Assembly: GCA_963848295.1 (NCBI GenBank) | Contig: CAWKDB010000010.1 | Span: forward strand, 4,576,001-4,640,000 | Direction: 5' to 3' | Origin: an uncultured delta proteobacterium | GTDB taxonomy: Bacteria > Myxococcota_A > Polyangia > Haliangiales > Haliangiaceae | Length of the DNA stretch: 64,000 bases | Shown: positions 8,633 to 19,564 of the stretch, in pieces | Layout: each line of letters opens with the position of its first letter | Numbering within the stretch: position 1 is the stretch's first letter | Position numbers and translations under genes: made by a program | Notes under the pieces: model-generated | Seen by the model: the letters and a program-made list of their open reading frames with translations, nothing else | What the model was told of the DNA's origin: nothing | The model's database searches: none

Positions 8633-10248
8633 CCGGGTTCGGGCTCAAGAGCGCGAGTGCGATCGTCGTGGCGGGGTTGCTCGTCGCGATCGCGGCCGTG
8701 CGCGGAGCGCTCGCGCCCGAGCATCTCGCGCATCTCGGTGCGCCGGCGTGCTGGACGATCGGGCTCGTCGCCGCGCTCGGCACCGCGCTCGTGATGCAAG
8801 GGTGGCACCCGGCGGTCGCGAGCCGCACCGCGATCGCGCTGCACGCACACCGGCTCGCGATCATCGAGGGTGTGGTGCCCCGCGAGCTGCCCGCGTTCGC
8901 CCAGCGCGCCTTGTTGTTCATCGGCATCGCGTGCGTCGCGGTCAGCGCGCTCGGCAATCACGCGGCGGCCAAGCTCGCGGCGCTGCCCGGCGAGCTCGCG
9001 TCTCCATCACCGTCGCGCTACTGCTTGCCGAAGGTCGCGGCGGCACCCGCGGCCAAAGCTGCGCCAGCGCCGGTGCCGATCGAGCAACCAGGCTGCGCGC
9101 TCGTCAAGCGCGCGTTCCAGCTCGGCTACGCGAAGACGCTCGGCTCGTGTGCGCCGAAGGTCGCGGTGGCGACGCCCGACGCGCCGGTCGCGACGAAGCC
9201 CGAGGTCTGCGAGCGGCGTCAGCTCGACGAGCCGTTCCTGCACTTCGCGGCGCGGCGGCTCGCCGGCGCGTTCGGCGATGCCGTCGCGGAGTCGCCGATC
9301 GCGCGGATCGAGCATCGCGCCGCCGACGTGCGCACCCACATCGATTACCTCGGCGGCCTCGTCGCTGATATCCACTCCGCGATCGAGGGCAGCCCGCACG
9401 CGGCGCATCACATCTGGATCAACCTGCCCGATCCGCATCCCACGAAGCTGATCGAGCACTTCACCGGCGAGCCGCGCTGCTCGACCCGGTTCGCGAGCCT
9501 CCCGCTGTGGCCGAGCTGGCACGCGGGTGACGAGTCGCGCGTCGTCGAGCACGTGCTCGGCCAGCTGTTGTTCGCGACGCGGTTTGGCACGACCGCGAGC
9601 TGCAACGACTACACGATCCATTGGGATGCACCGGCGGATGCGTGCGCCAAGTTGCGCGCGGCACCGACCACATTTGCCACGGCGAGCGTCGGCGCGGTGC
9701 TCGATCGCCGGAAACGTCAACTCGAGCTCGGCGAGCTCGCGAAGCGCCTCGGCCGCACGCCACCGCTCGCTCCGCCGCCGGCCGATGCGATCGTCAGCTT
9801 CGCGTGTCTCTCGGTCGGCGCGGCGAAGCCGGCGACCGGCACGACCGTGCAGATCGACGGCGAGACGATCAGCGTGCGCGAGGTCGGCATCGCGGCGGTG
9901 AAGCCGACCGGTGACGGTCCGATCGATGTCTACCTCGCGCTCGCGGCGATGCTCGGCGGTACCGCCGTCTTGCCGGCACCACGCGGCGCCGCGCCGACGC
10001 CGGCCGAGCTCGACGGCGACGACTTCTCGCTGACCCGCCTCGACGCGCTCACGTTCGCGGATCCGTTCTATGGAACCGCACCGCCATCCGGCGGTGCTGA
10101 CGGCGCGGGGCAGGCCCGCACCGTCGAGGGCACGCGGTGGCCGCTCGATCGCCCCGATCTGGTCCCGGTGTTTCCGTTCGAGCCTCATCTCCACGCGTTC
10201 ATCGAGACGTTTCGCCGCGGCTATCTCGCACAACGAGGTCGACTGTGA
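8629..10248 (+). CDS. Hypothetical membrane protein with a Cys-rich extracytoplasmic domain
   Basis: 3 N-terminal hydrophobic segments, at least 8 Cys in the soluble part; ATGA-coupled to the upstream gene. Confidence 0.75.
   Translation: MTGFGLKSASAIVVAGLLVAIAAVRGALAPEHLAHLGAPACWTIGLVAALGTALVMQGWHPAVASRTAIALHAHRLAIIEGVVPRELPAFAQRALLFIGIACVAVSALGNHAAAKLAALPGELASPSPSRYCLPKVAAAPAAKAAPAPVPIEQPGCALVKRAFQLGYAKTLGSCAPKVAVATPDAPVATKPEVCERRQLDEPFLHFAARRLAGAFGDAVAESPIARIEHRAADVRTHIDYLGGLVADIHSAIEGSPHAAHHIWINLPDPHPTKLIEHFTGEPRCSTRFASLPLWPSWHAGDESRVVEHVLGQLLFATRFGTTASCNDYTIHWDAPADACAKLRAAPTTFATASVGAVLDRRKRQLELGELAKRLGRTPPLAPPPADAIVSFACLSVGAAKPATGTTVQIDGETISVREVGIAAVKPTGDGPIDVYLALAAMLGGTAVLPAPRGAAPTPAELDGDDFSLTRLDALTFADPFYGTAPPSGGADGAGQARTVEGTRWPLDRPDLVPVFPFEPHLHAFIETFRRGYLAQRGRL
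10072..10128 (+). repeat. In-frame 57-bp double-hairpin coding repeat, copy A
   Basis: GGAACCGCACCGCCATCCGGCGGTGCTGACGGCGCGGGGCAGGCCCGCACCGTCGAG, translating to GTAPPSGGADGAGQARTVE. Confidence 0.85.
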
Positions 10249-10802
10249 AGGCGCTCGCGCTGCTCGTTATTTTCACCGCGACAACAGCAGCGGCGCCCGA
10301 TCGCGCCGCGTACGTCGGTCGTGCGCTGGCCGCGGTCGAGCAGCTCGGTGCCGGGCGCGACGCGCTCGCCGCGAAGATCTACACGGCGGCGCGCACGCAG
10401 TGTCACTCCGACAATGCCGCTCCGACGATCGCGTGCCTGATCGACGCGGCTCGCGCGCAGTGCGCGGGCGATGCCTCGTGCCTCCCCGCCGCCGACGTGA
10501 TCGCCACGAACTTGCGCTCGGTCGATGCGTTCGTCGACGAGGTCACCCGGGTCCGCTTGCTGCGCTCGAGCGCCGATTATCGCGTCGCGCTCGCCGCCGA
10601 GCTGCGCCGCCGCTACGGCGTGCTCGCCGCCGAGCTCGTGCTCGCGGGCGGCAGCGACGAAGCGCGCGCGATCGACCAGCTGTGCATGCACCGAGACGCC
10701 GCGGTCCACGTCTGCGAGCCCGGCGCGACCGACTGCATCCCGAGCGTGCCTTACGCGCGTTGCGTCGCGGCGCTGGTCTGGTACGTAGGAGGCGCGCCAT
10801 GA
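10245..10802 (+). CDS. Secreted Cys-rich hypothetical protein
   Basis: GTG overlaps the upstream stop; signal peptide MKALALLVIFTATTAAA; 8 Cys. Confidence 0.75.
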   Translation: MKALALLVIFTATTAAAPDRAAYVGRALAAVEQLGAGRDALAAKIYTAARTQCHSDNAAPTIACLIDAARAQCAGDASCLPAADVIATNLRSVDAFVDEVTRVRLLRSSADYRVALAAELRRRYGVLAAELVLAGGSDEARAIDQLCMHRDAAVHVCEPGATDCIPSVPYARCVAALVWYVGGAP

Positions 10803-12034
10803 GTCAGGCCTTGCGTGATCTCGTCCGCGCCGAGACCGATCGGCTCAAGCAAGCCGGTCTATACAAGCGCGAGGTCGTGTTCTCGCGCTCGGGCGGCATG
10901 GCCGCCGGCGGCATGGTCGACGGCCGCGAGGGCCAGCCGGTCGTGAACTACACGACCCACGATTTTCTCGGGCTGTCGGTCGATCCACAACTGCAGCAAG
11001 CCGCGATCGATGCGGTCCGCAAGTACGGCGTCGGCTTGTCGTCGCAACGGGTGATGTGCGGCACGCTCGATATCCACAAGGAGCTCGAGGAGTGGCTGCG
11101 CGGCTTTCTCAAGGTCGAAGACGTGATCCTCTACGGCTCGGGCTATCACGCGAACATCGGCGTGTTCGCGCCGCTGTTCGGCGCGAAGGACTGCATCATC
11201 TGCGACGGCGGTGTCCATCCGAGCCTCGCCGAAGGTGCGCGACTCGCCGGCGCGCGGCTCGTCACGTTTCGTAGCAACGATCCGGATGACCTCGAAGACA
11301 TCTTGCGGCGCTCGCGCTGGGCGCGGTTCCGCGCGGTCGTCACGAACGGCGTGCATCCGTTCACCGGCCGGCTGTCCGACCTCGGCGCGATCTGCGATCT
11401 CGCGGAGAAGTACGACGCGCTCGTCGTCGTCGACGATGCGCTCGGCCTCGGCGTGCTCGGCGATCGCGGCCGCGGCAGCGCGAGTCACGCCGGCGTCACC
11501 GACCGCGTGCACATCGTCACCGGCACGTTCAGCAAGGCGCTCGGCGGCGCGACCGGCGGCTTCGCGGCGGGCCCGCGCGAGATCATCGATTGGCTGCGCC
11601 AGAAGTCATCGCCGTACATGTTCTCCGCCGCGTTGCCGCCGCCGATGGCCGCGGTCGCGATGGCGGCGCTGCAGATCCTCGAGAGCGGCGAGGCGCCGTT
11701 GCCCGGCCTGCGCGACAACGTGAAGGCGTTGTGGGACGGCCTGGTCGAACGCAACTTCCGCGTGCTCGGAACCGGCGAGCATCCGCTGCTCGTGGTCGAG
11801 CTTGGCCGCTACGAGATCCTGCGCGAGGCGATCAACATCCTCTACGACGGCGGCATCTACTGCCACGGCCTGTGCTACCCGGTCGTGCCCGAAGGCGAGG
11901 CGCGGATTCGCTTGATGGTGTCGGCGCTGCACTCTGCCGAGCATATCCAGCAGACGCTCAAGGCGTTCGAGTCGACGAAGCAAGTCGCGTCGTTCGCGGT
12001 CGACGCGATGGACGTGCTGACCGGATTGTTATGA
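10799..12034 (+). CDS. PLP-dependent alpha-oxoamine synthase family enzyme (Kbl/AONS/SPT-like, atypical motifs)
   Basis: DFLGL, CGTLDIHKELE, GTFSKALGG (PLP Lys), PYMFS, YPVVPEGEARIR. Confidence 0.88.
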   Translation: MSQALRDLVRAETDRLKQAGLYKREVVFSRSGGMAAGGMVDGREGQPVVNYTTHDFLGLSVDPQLQQAAIDAVRKYGVGLSSQRVMCGTLDIHKELEEWLRGFLKVEDVILYGSGYHANIGVFAPLFGAKDCIICDGGVHPSLAEGARLAGARLVTFRSNDPDDLEDILRRSRWARFRAVVTNGVHPFTGRLSDLGAICDLAEKYDALVVVDDALGLGVLGDRGRGSASHAGVTDRVHIVTGTFSKALGGATGGFAAGPREIIDWLRQKSSPYMFSAALPPPMAAVAMAALQILESGEAPLPGLRDNVKALWDGLVERNFRVLGTGEHPLLVVELGRYEILREAINILYDGGIYCHGLCYPVVPEGEARIRLMVSALHSAEHIQQTLKAFESTKQVASFAVDAMDVLTGLL

Positions 12035-12684
12035 GGCTCGTGCTCGCGTTCTTGTTCGCGTGCGGTGCGGGCGCGACAGCGCCGGTCGCGAATCACACGA
12101 CCGCGGTGACGAGCGCCGAGTCGGTGGAGCAGATCTTGCGCGGGATGGCCGCGGCGTACGCGCACCTCGCGACGTTCGCGGAAGACGGATCGATCAAGAC
12201 GGTCGCCGAGGCTCACGGCGACGTTCGAGGCGACATGCAGTTCCACACCGCGAGCGTCGCGCGGGGCGCGTTCCGGATGGAGAGCGGCGGCGCGATCGCG
12301 TGGTCTGATGGCAATCGCAGCCGCCTCGTCGTCGGCAGCCTCGAGATCCCGCTCGTCGATCGACCGATGAACCTCGCGACCGACGACTTCGAGCAGCTGA
12401 CGTTGAAGCAGTGGGCCGAAGGCGACTCGGAGCTCATGCACCTGACGAACCCGCGGCTCGTCGGTGTGGAGCCGCGCGATGGTGCCTCGTGCTGGCACGT
12501 CACCGGCAACGCGGGGCGCTTCGACGTGTGGATCGATCAGCGCGACCATCGCGTCCGCGAGGTGATCACCCGCGTCGACGGCACCGAGCTCGACACGGAG
12601 AAGCTGATGTACGACGCCCATTTTCGCGTCGCCGCCCACCCGATCTCGACGGCCGAGCCGCCGCCCGCCCAGCCGGTGCCTTGA
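12031..12684 (+). CDS. Lipoprotein with a LolA-like/DUF2092-like fold
   Basis: Lipobox FLFAC; WSDG, GVE..DG..CW.V.G, VWIDQ motifs; paralogous to the N-term of the next gene. Confidence 0.65.
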   Translation: MRLVLAFLFACGAGATAPVANHTTAVTSAESVEQILRGMAAAYAHLATFAEDGSIKTVAEAHGDVRGDMQFHTASVARGAFRMESGGAIAWSDGNRSRLVVGSLEIPLVDRPMNLATDDFEQLTLKQWAEGDSELMHLTNPRLVGVEPRDGASCWHVTGNAGRFDVWIDQRDHRVREVITRVDGTELDTEKLMYDAHFRVAAHPISTAEPPPAQPVP

Positions 12685-14089
12685 CCGCGGGAATGCGCTG
12701 CTATGCTTACGGCGTGAGCAGCGCACGCGTCGCCGTGGTCGGGTTGGTCGCGGCGTGCGCGCACCCGGTCGCGGCGAAGCCCCCGGCGACAGCCGCACAG
12801 GTGTTCGCGGCGATGCGCCATGTGTATGCCTCCGCGACGACGTATGTCGACCACGGCGACATCGCGGCCACCGTGCGCTCGGGCGCCAAGACGCAGACGA
12901 CGACCGGTACGTTCCGCACCGATCACGAGCGGCGCGGTCGGTTGCGGTTCGAGTATCAGGGCGCCGAGATGAGCCATCCGCTCGTCCTGTGGTCCGACGG
13001 CGCGACCGCGACGCAAGTCAGCGGCGACACCGAGAGCGAGCCAGCCTCCGAGAAGTTCGGCGGCTTCAACATCCTGACGAAGTACATCTCCGGGTTGGTC
13101 CTCGGCGAGCTGCGCAACGAGCCGGCGTCGCTCACCGAGGTCGATCACGCGCAGGTTCAGGGCGTCGAGTCGATCGATGGACATCCGTGCTGGAAGATCG
13201 CGGGCGCCGTTCACGGCGGAGCGCGGACCCTGTGGGTGGATCAGAGCAGCTTTGTCGTGCGCAAGCTGACCGAGCACGACCGGATCTCGGCGAGTGAGTC
13301 GGCCGACGTCGACCTGATGGCGCACTACGTGCCCGAGCTCGATGTCGCGATCGCGTCGGGCCGGCTCGATCGTCCAGCGCCCGATCCGCCACGCGAGCCT
13401 GAGCACCCGCAGTGGATCGGCGTCGGCTTTCATTCGGGCGGGGCGACGGTCGATCGCGTCTACAAAGACTCGCCGGCCGACACCGCGGGCTTTCGAGCCG
13501 GCGACGAGATCAAGAAGCTCGACGGTCAGCTGATCGACGTCACCAAGTTTCGCGAAGCGATGGCGACGTCGAGACCCGGCGCGGCGTTCGCGGTCACGGT
13601 CGAACGTGCGGGCCAAGAAGTCACGCTCCACGTCGCGCCGGCTCCGCGGCCCGAGCTCGCGACGTTGCAGCAAGGCCTCGTCGACAAGCCGGCGCCGCCG
13701 TTCGCGCTCGCGCGGATTTCCGGAACCGCGTCGCCGAAGCTCGCGGACCTCGCGGGCAACGTCGTCGTCGTCGACTTCTGGGCGACGTGGTGCGGTCCAT
13801 GTCGGATGTCGATGCCGCATCTCGACGCACTGTCCGCGAAGTACGCGACGAAAGGCCTGCGGATCATCGGCGTCACCGACGAGGACGCGGCGACGGTCAA
13901 CGAGTTCTTGAAGGCGAACCCGGTCGGCTACACGCTCGCGACCGATCCCGACGACGCGATCGCGAGCGCGTACCTCGTCCAAGGCTTGCCGACGTTGATG
14001 GTGCTCGATCGCTCCGGCGTCGTGCGTTACGAGCAAGTCGGCGTCGGCGACTTCGCCGCGCTCGACGGCGAGATCGCCGAGCTCCTCGC

Positions 14090-16251
<2,162 letters not shown>

Positions 16252-16255
<4 letters not shown>

Positions 16256-16485
16256 GGGTCGTCGATCCGGATCTGCGCCGCTTCGCTGCGTCGCATCGAC
16301 CATTGGCCGCCGCGGACCTCGATCTGGAGCGGGTCACCGAGCGGCGCGATCGCGACGATCCGCACGCCGATGCCAGGAACGAGCCCCATCTCGAGCAGGC
16401 GGCGTCGAAAGCTCCGCGTGCCATCGACCGCGCGGACCGTCGCGACCTGGCCGAGCGGGATCTCGGCGAGCGAGCGCGACGACAT
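16252..16485 (-). CDS. feoA: Ferrous iron transport protein FeoA
   Basis: RRRLLEMGLVPG, APLGDP, MRRSEA. Confidence 0.95.
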
Positions 16486-16503
16486 GATCCAGCGGTAGCA
16501 TTC

Positions 16504-16520
16504 TTGAAAATCGTTTTCAA
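16504..16520. promoter_or_regulatory. Putative Fur box
   Basis: AT-rich palindrome TTGAAAA-TCG-TTTTCAA, 18 bp upstream of the feoA start. Confidence 0.75.
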
Positions 16521-16545
16521 CTTCAAATCCAGAACCTTGCCCGGG

Positions 16546-16601
16546 ACGGAGTAACCTTTGACACCTTGCGCCCCGGTGTCTGGTGTCAAAGGTTACTCCG
16601 T
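16546..16601. repeat. Perfect 20-bp inverted repeat (variant of the GGGGACG..TTTGTCAAC family)
   Basis: ACGGAGTAACCTTTGACACC (16546-16565) and GGTGTCAAAGGTTACTCCGT (16582-16601), 16-nt loop. Confidence 0.9.
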
Positions 16602-16660
16602 GCCCGGGTATGTGCCCGAGATCGCACGATCTGGCGCAAATCTCGCGCGAGCCATCCGCG

Positions 16661-17218
16661 ATGCTAAATTCGAAGAGCGTGGACGCCGCTAACACATTGC
16701 TGCTCAATCAGGGGTTCGAGCCGATCAAGGTGATCTCGTGGCAGCGCGCGATCAGCTTGTTGTTCCTCGGCAAGGTCGAGGTCATCGAGGAATACGCCCA
16801 CGACATCCGGTCGGTGAACCTCGTGATCAAAGTACCTGCGGTCGTCCGGTTGCTGCGCGCGTTTCGCCGCCACGCGCGGCCCGTGAAGTTCTCCCGCGTC
16901 AACATCTACGCGCGCGATCACTACAAGTGCCAGTACTGCGGCAAGAAGGCGTCGCTGACCGAGCTGACCTACGACCACGTCGTGCCGCGGTCGCGCGGTG
17001 GACTCACCGACTGGATGAACATCGTCACCTGCTGCTACATCTGCAATCGCAAGAAGGGTGGGCGCACGCCGCAGGAAGCCGGCATGCGGTTGCTCGCTCA
17101 GCCCGCGCAACCGAACTGGGTGCCCGCGATCACGATCCGGATCTCGCTGCGCTCGGTGCCCGAAGCGTGGCGCGACTACTTGTATTGGACCGGCGAGCTC
17201 GACGCGTCGCCCGGCTAG
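16661..17218 (+). CDS. HNH endonuclease (McrA/HNH_5-like)
   Basis: LLLN, RDHYKCQYCG, TYDHVVPRSRGG, WMNIVTCCYICNRKKG. Confidence 0.92.
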   Translation: MLNSKSVDAANTLLLNQGFEPIKVISWQRAISLLFLGKVEVIEEYAHDIRSVNLVIKVPAVVRLLRAFRRHARPVKFSRVNIYARDHYKCQYCGKKASLTELTYDHVVPRSRGGLTDWMNIVTCCYICNRKKGGRTPQEAGMRLLAQPAQPNWVPAITIRISLRSVPEAWRDYLYWTGELDASPG

Positions 17219-17221
17219 ACG

Positions 17222-17337
17222 TGGGGACGCTGTCTCTATTGTCAACTTAGGCGGCTAAGTCACGGATTCGTGGTGACGACCGAGTTGGATCGTGGTGACG
17301 AGAGGGGAGTAAGTTGACAAAAGAGACAGCGTCACCA
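17222..17337. repeat. 28-bp inverted repeat pair of the GGGGACG..TTGTCAAC family (2 mismatches)
   Basis: TGGGGACGCTGTCTCTATTGTCAACTTA (17222-17249) and TAAGTTGACAAAAGAGACAGCGTCACCA (17310-17337). Confidence 0.9.
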
Positions 17338-17357
17338 TTCGATGTAGTCTGCGCGGG

Positions 17358-18977
17358 ATGACCGTCCAGACGATCGCGCACGCCGCTCGCGACCTTGCCG
17401 ACCGCGCGATCGCCGCCGCTCGCGCCTTGCCCGGGGACCCCGACGATCGTCAGGTCGTCGTCGAGAAGGTCGCGTATGCCGCGACCGAAGCGCGCGTGAT
17501 CGACGAGCTCGTCGCAACGCCGGCGGAGCTCGCGCCCGCCGCCGCGGTCGCGATCGCGGAGCTCGCGGCGTCGCTCCGTCATCGCCTGGAGCCGATCGCG
17601 CCGGCCCTTGGGCTCGGCGAACTGCGCTATGGCGATGCCGCGCGCGCTGCGATCGCGGAGCTCGTCGCGCCGTCGGCGGTCGAGGCGATCGGCGCCGCCG
17701 CGCTCGCGGGCATGCCGGCATGGCCTCTCGACGAAACGCTCACCGAGGTTCGCAGCAACGTCCGTGCGTTCGCGGAACGCGAGGTCGCGCCCGCCGCCGA
17801 AAAGATCCACCGCCACGACGAGCTCGTGCCCGAGCGGTTCATCAGCGAGATGGCGAAGCTCGGCTACTTCGGCCTGTCGATCCCGGCGAAGTACGGCGGG
17901 TTCGAGCTCGGCAACCTCGCGATGATCCTCACGACCGAGGAGCTGTCGCGCGCGTCGCTCGCCGCCGCGGGCTCGCTGATCACGCGCCCCGAGATCCTCG
18001 CGAAGGCGTTGCTCGCCGGCGGCACCGAACCGCAGAAGCAGACCTGGTTGCCGCGCCTCGCGTCGGGCGAGGTGATGGCGGCGATCTCGGTGACCGAGCC
18101 CGACGTCGGTTCGGATGTCGCCCAGCTCGCGTGTCGCGCCGAGCGCGTCGCCGGCGGCTGGGAGATCACCGGCGCGAAGGCGTGGTGCACGTTCGCCGGT
18201 CGCGCCGACGTCATCGCGCTGCTCGCTCGCACAGGGCCCGGTGGCGCGCGCGGGCTGACGCTGTTCATCGTCGACAAGCCGCGGTTTCTCGGGCACGAGT
18301 TCACCGCGACCCAGCCGGGTGGCGGCACGTTGACCGGCAAAGCGGATCGCACGCTCGGTTATCGCGGCATGCACTCGTTCAGCCTCGCGTTCGATCGCTG
18401 GCTCGTGCCGGATACCCAAGTCGTCGGCGGTGACGATGGCGTCGGCCGCGGCTTCGCGCTGCAGATGACCGGATTCGCCGCCGGCCGGTTGCAGACCGGC
18501 GGTCGCGCGTGCGGGCTCGCACAGGCGGCGCTCGATCACACACTCCGCTATGTTGCGGCTCGTCGTCAGTTCGGTCGACCGACCGCCGAGTTCGAGCTTA
18601 CCCGCTACCACCTGGGACGGATGGCCTCTCGCCTCGTCGCAGCTCGAGCGATCACCTACGCGGCGGCGCACGCGATGGACGGCGACGACGGCGCGCGGGG
18701 CTCGGACGCCAACACCCTCGATCGAACCGCACCGCCCTTCGGCGGTGCTGCCGGCCGCGGGCAAGCCGCGACCGTCGCGGCGATGGCGAAGCTGTTCGCG
18801 AGCGACGTCGCGGTCGAAGTCACCCAGCTCGGTCAGCTCCTCCATGGCGGCTGGGGCTACGCCGAGGAGTACCCGATCAGCCGTTACGTCGCCGACGCGC
18901 TGGTCTTGCCGATCTTCGAGGGGGTCAAGCCGATCCTCGCGCTCAAGGTGATCGGTCGCGCGCTGCTTGGTTCGTGA
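17358..18977 (+). CDS. Acyl-CoA dehydrogenase with N-terminal extension (methylsuccinyl-CoA dehydrogenase-like)
   Basis: TEPDVGSD, GAKAWCT, LGYRGM, RRQFG, HGGWGYAEEY, IFEG. Confidence 0.9.
   Translation: MTVQTIAHAARDLADRAIAAARALPGDPDDRQVVVEKVAYAATEARVIDELVATPAELAPAAAVAIAELAASLRHRLEPIAPALGLGELRYGDAARAAIAELVAPSAVEAIGAAALAGMPAWPLDETLTEVRSNVRAFAEREVAPAAEKIHRHDELVPERFISEMAKLGYFGLSIPAKYGGFELGNLAMILTTEELSRASLAAAGSLITRPEILAKALLAGGTEPQKQTWLPRLASGEVMAAISVTEPDVGSDVAQLACRAERVAGGWEITGAKAWCTFAGRADVIALLARTGPGGARGLTLFIVDKPRFLGHEFTATQPGGGTLTGKADRTLGYRGMHSFSLAFDRWLVPDTQVVGGDDGVGRGFALQMTGFAAGRLQTGGRACGLAQAALDHTLRYVAARRQFGRPTAEFELTRYHLGRMASRLVAARAITYAAAHAMDGDDGARGSDANTLDRTAPPFGGAAGRGQAATVAAMAKLFASDVAVEVTQLGQLLHGGWGYAEEYPISRYVADALVLPIFEGVKPILALKVIGRALLGS
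18723..18779 (+). repeat. In-frame 57-bp double-hairpin coding repeat, copy B
   Basis: CGAACCGCACCGCCCTTCGGCGGTGCTGCCGGCCGCGGGCAAGCCGCGACCGTCGCG, translating to RTAPPFGGAAGRGQAATVA. Confidence 0.85.
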
Positions 18978-18978
18978 G

Positions 18979-19524
18979 ATGACGAAGTGTCCGCGCTGTC
19001 TGTTTCCCGCATGCCTGTGCGGTGAGCTGCCGGCGATCACGACGCGCACGCGGATCGTGATCGTGCGCCATCATCTCGAGCGCCATCGATCGTCGAACTC
19101 CGGCCGGCTCGCTCATCTCGCGCTGCCGAACAGCGTGATCATCGACCACGGTGGACGCGAAGGCATCGCGCGGCTGCCGGCGCTCGATCGCGGCTGGCTA
19201 CTGTGGGTGGACGGCGAACCGATCTCGAGTCGACCCGAGGTCGGCACGCTCGTCGTGCTCGATGCGACCTGGTCACAGGCGCGCCGCATGTTTCGCAAGA
19301 TCGATGCGGTGCGCGGCCTGCCGATCTTCAAGCTCCCGGACGCGCCGATGCCGGCGGCGCGTCTGCGTGCGGCACCGGGTCCCGGCCGGGTGTCGACGCT
19401 CGAAGCGATCGCGGGCGCGCTGCGAATTCTCGAAGGTGATGCGGTGGCAGCGGCGCTCGAAGCCGTGTTCGCTCTCGCGGTCGATCGGGCCGAGCGGAGC
19501 GGTCGTCGTAAAGCCCCCCCATAG
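18979..19524 (+). CDS. DTW-domain tRNA-uridine aminocarboxypropyltransferase (TapT/YfiP-like)
   Basis: CxxC..CLC N-term, SNSGRL, LDATWSQA, STLEA. Confidence 0.85.
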   Translation: MTKCPRCLFPACLCGELPAITTRTRIVIVRHHLERHRSSNSGRLAHLALPNSVIIDHGGREGIARLPALDRGWLLWVDGEPISSRPEVGTLVVLDATWSQARRMFRKIDAVRGLPIFKLPDAPMPAARLRAAPGPGRVSTLEAIAGALRILEGDAVAAALEAVFALAVDRAERSGRRKAPP

Positions 19525-19564
19525 ATTGCCACGGCAAGGTCGGGGGACTTAAGCTCTGTAATAA

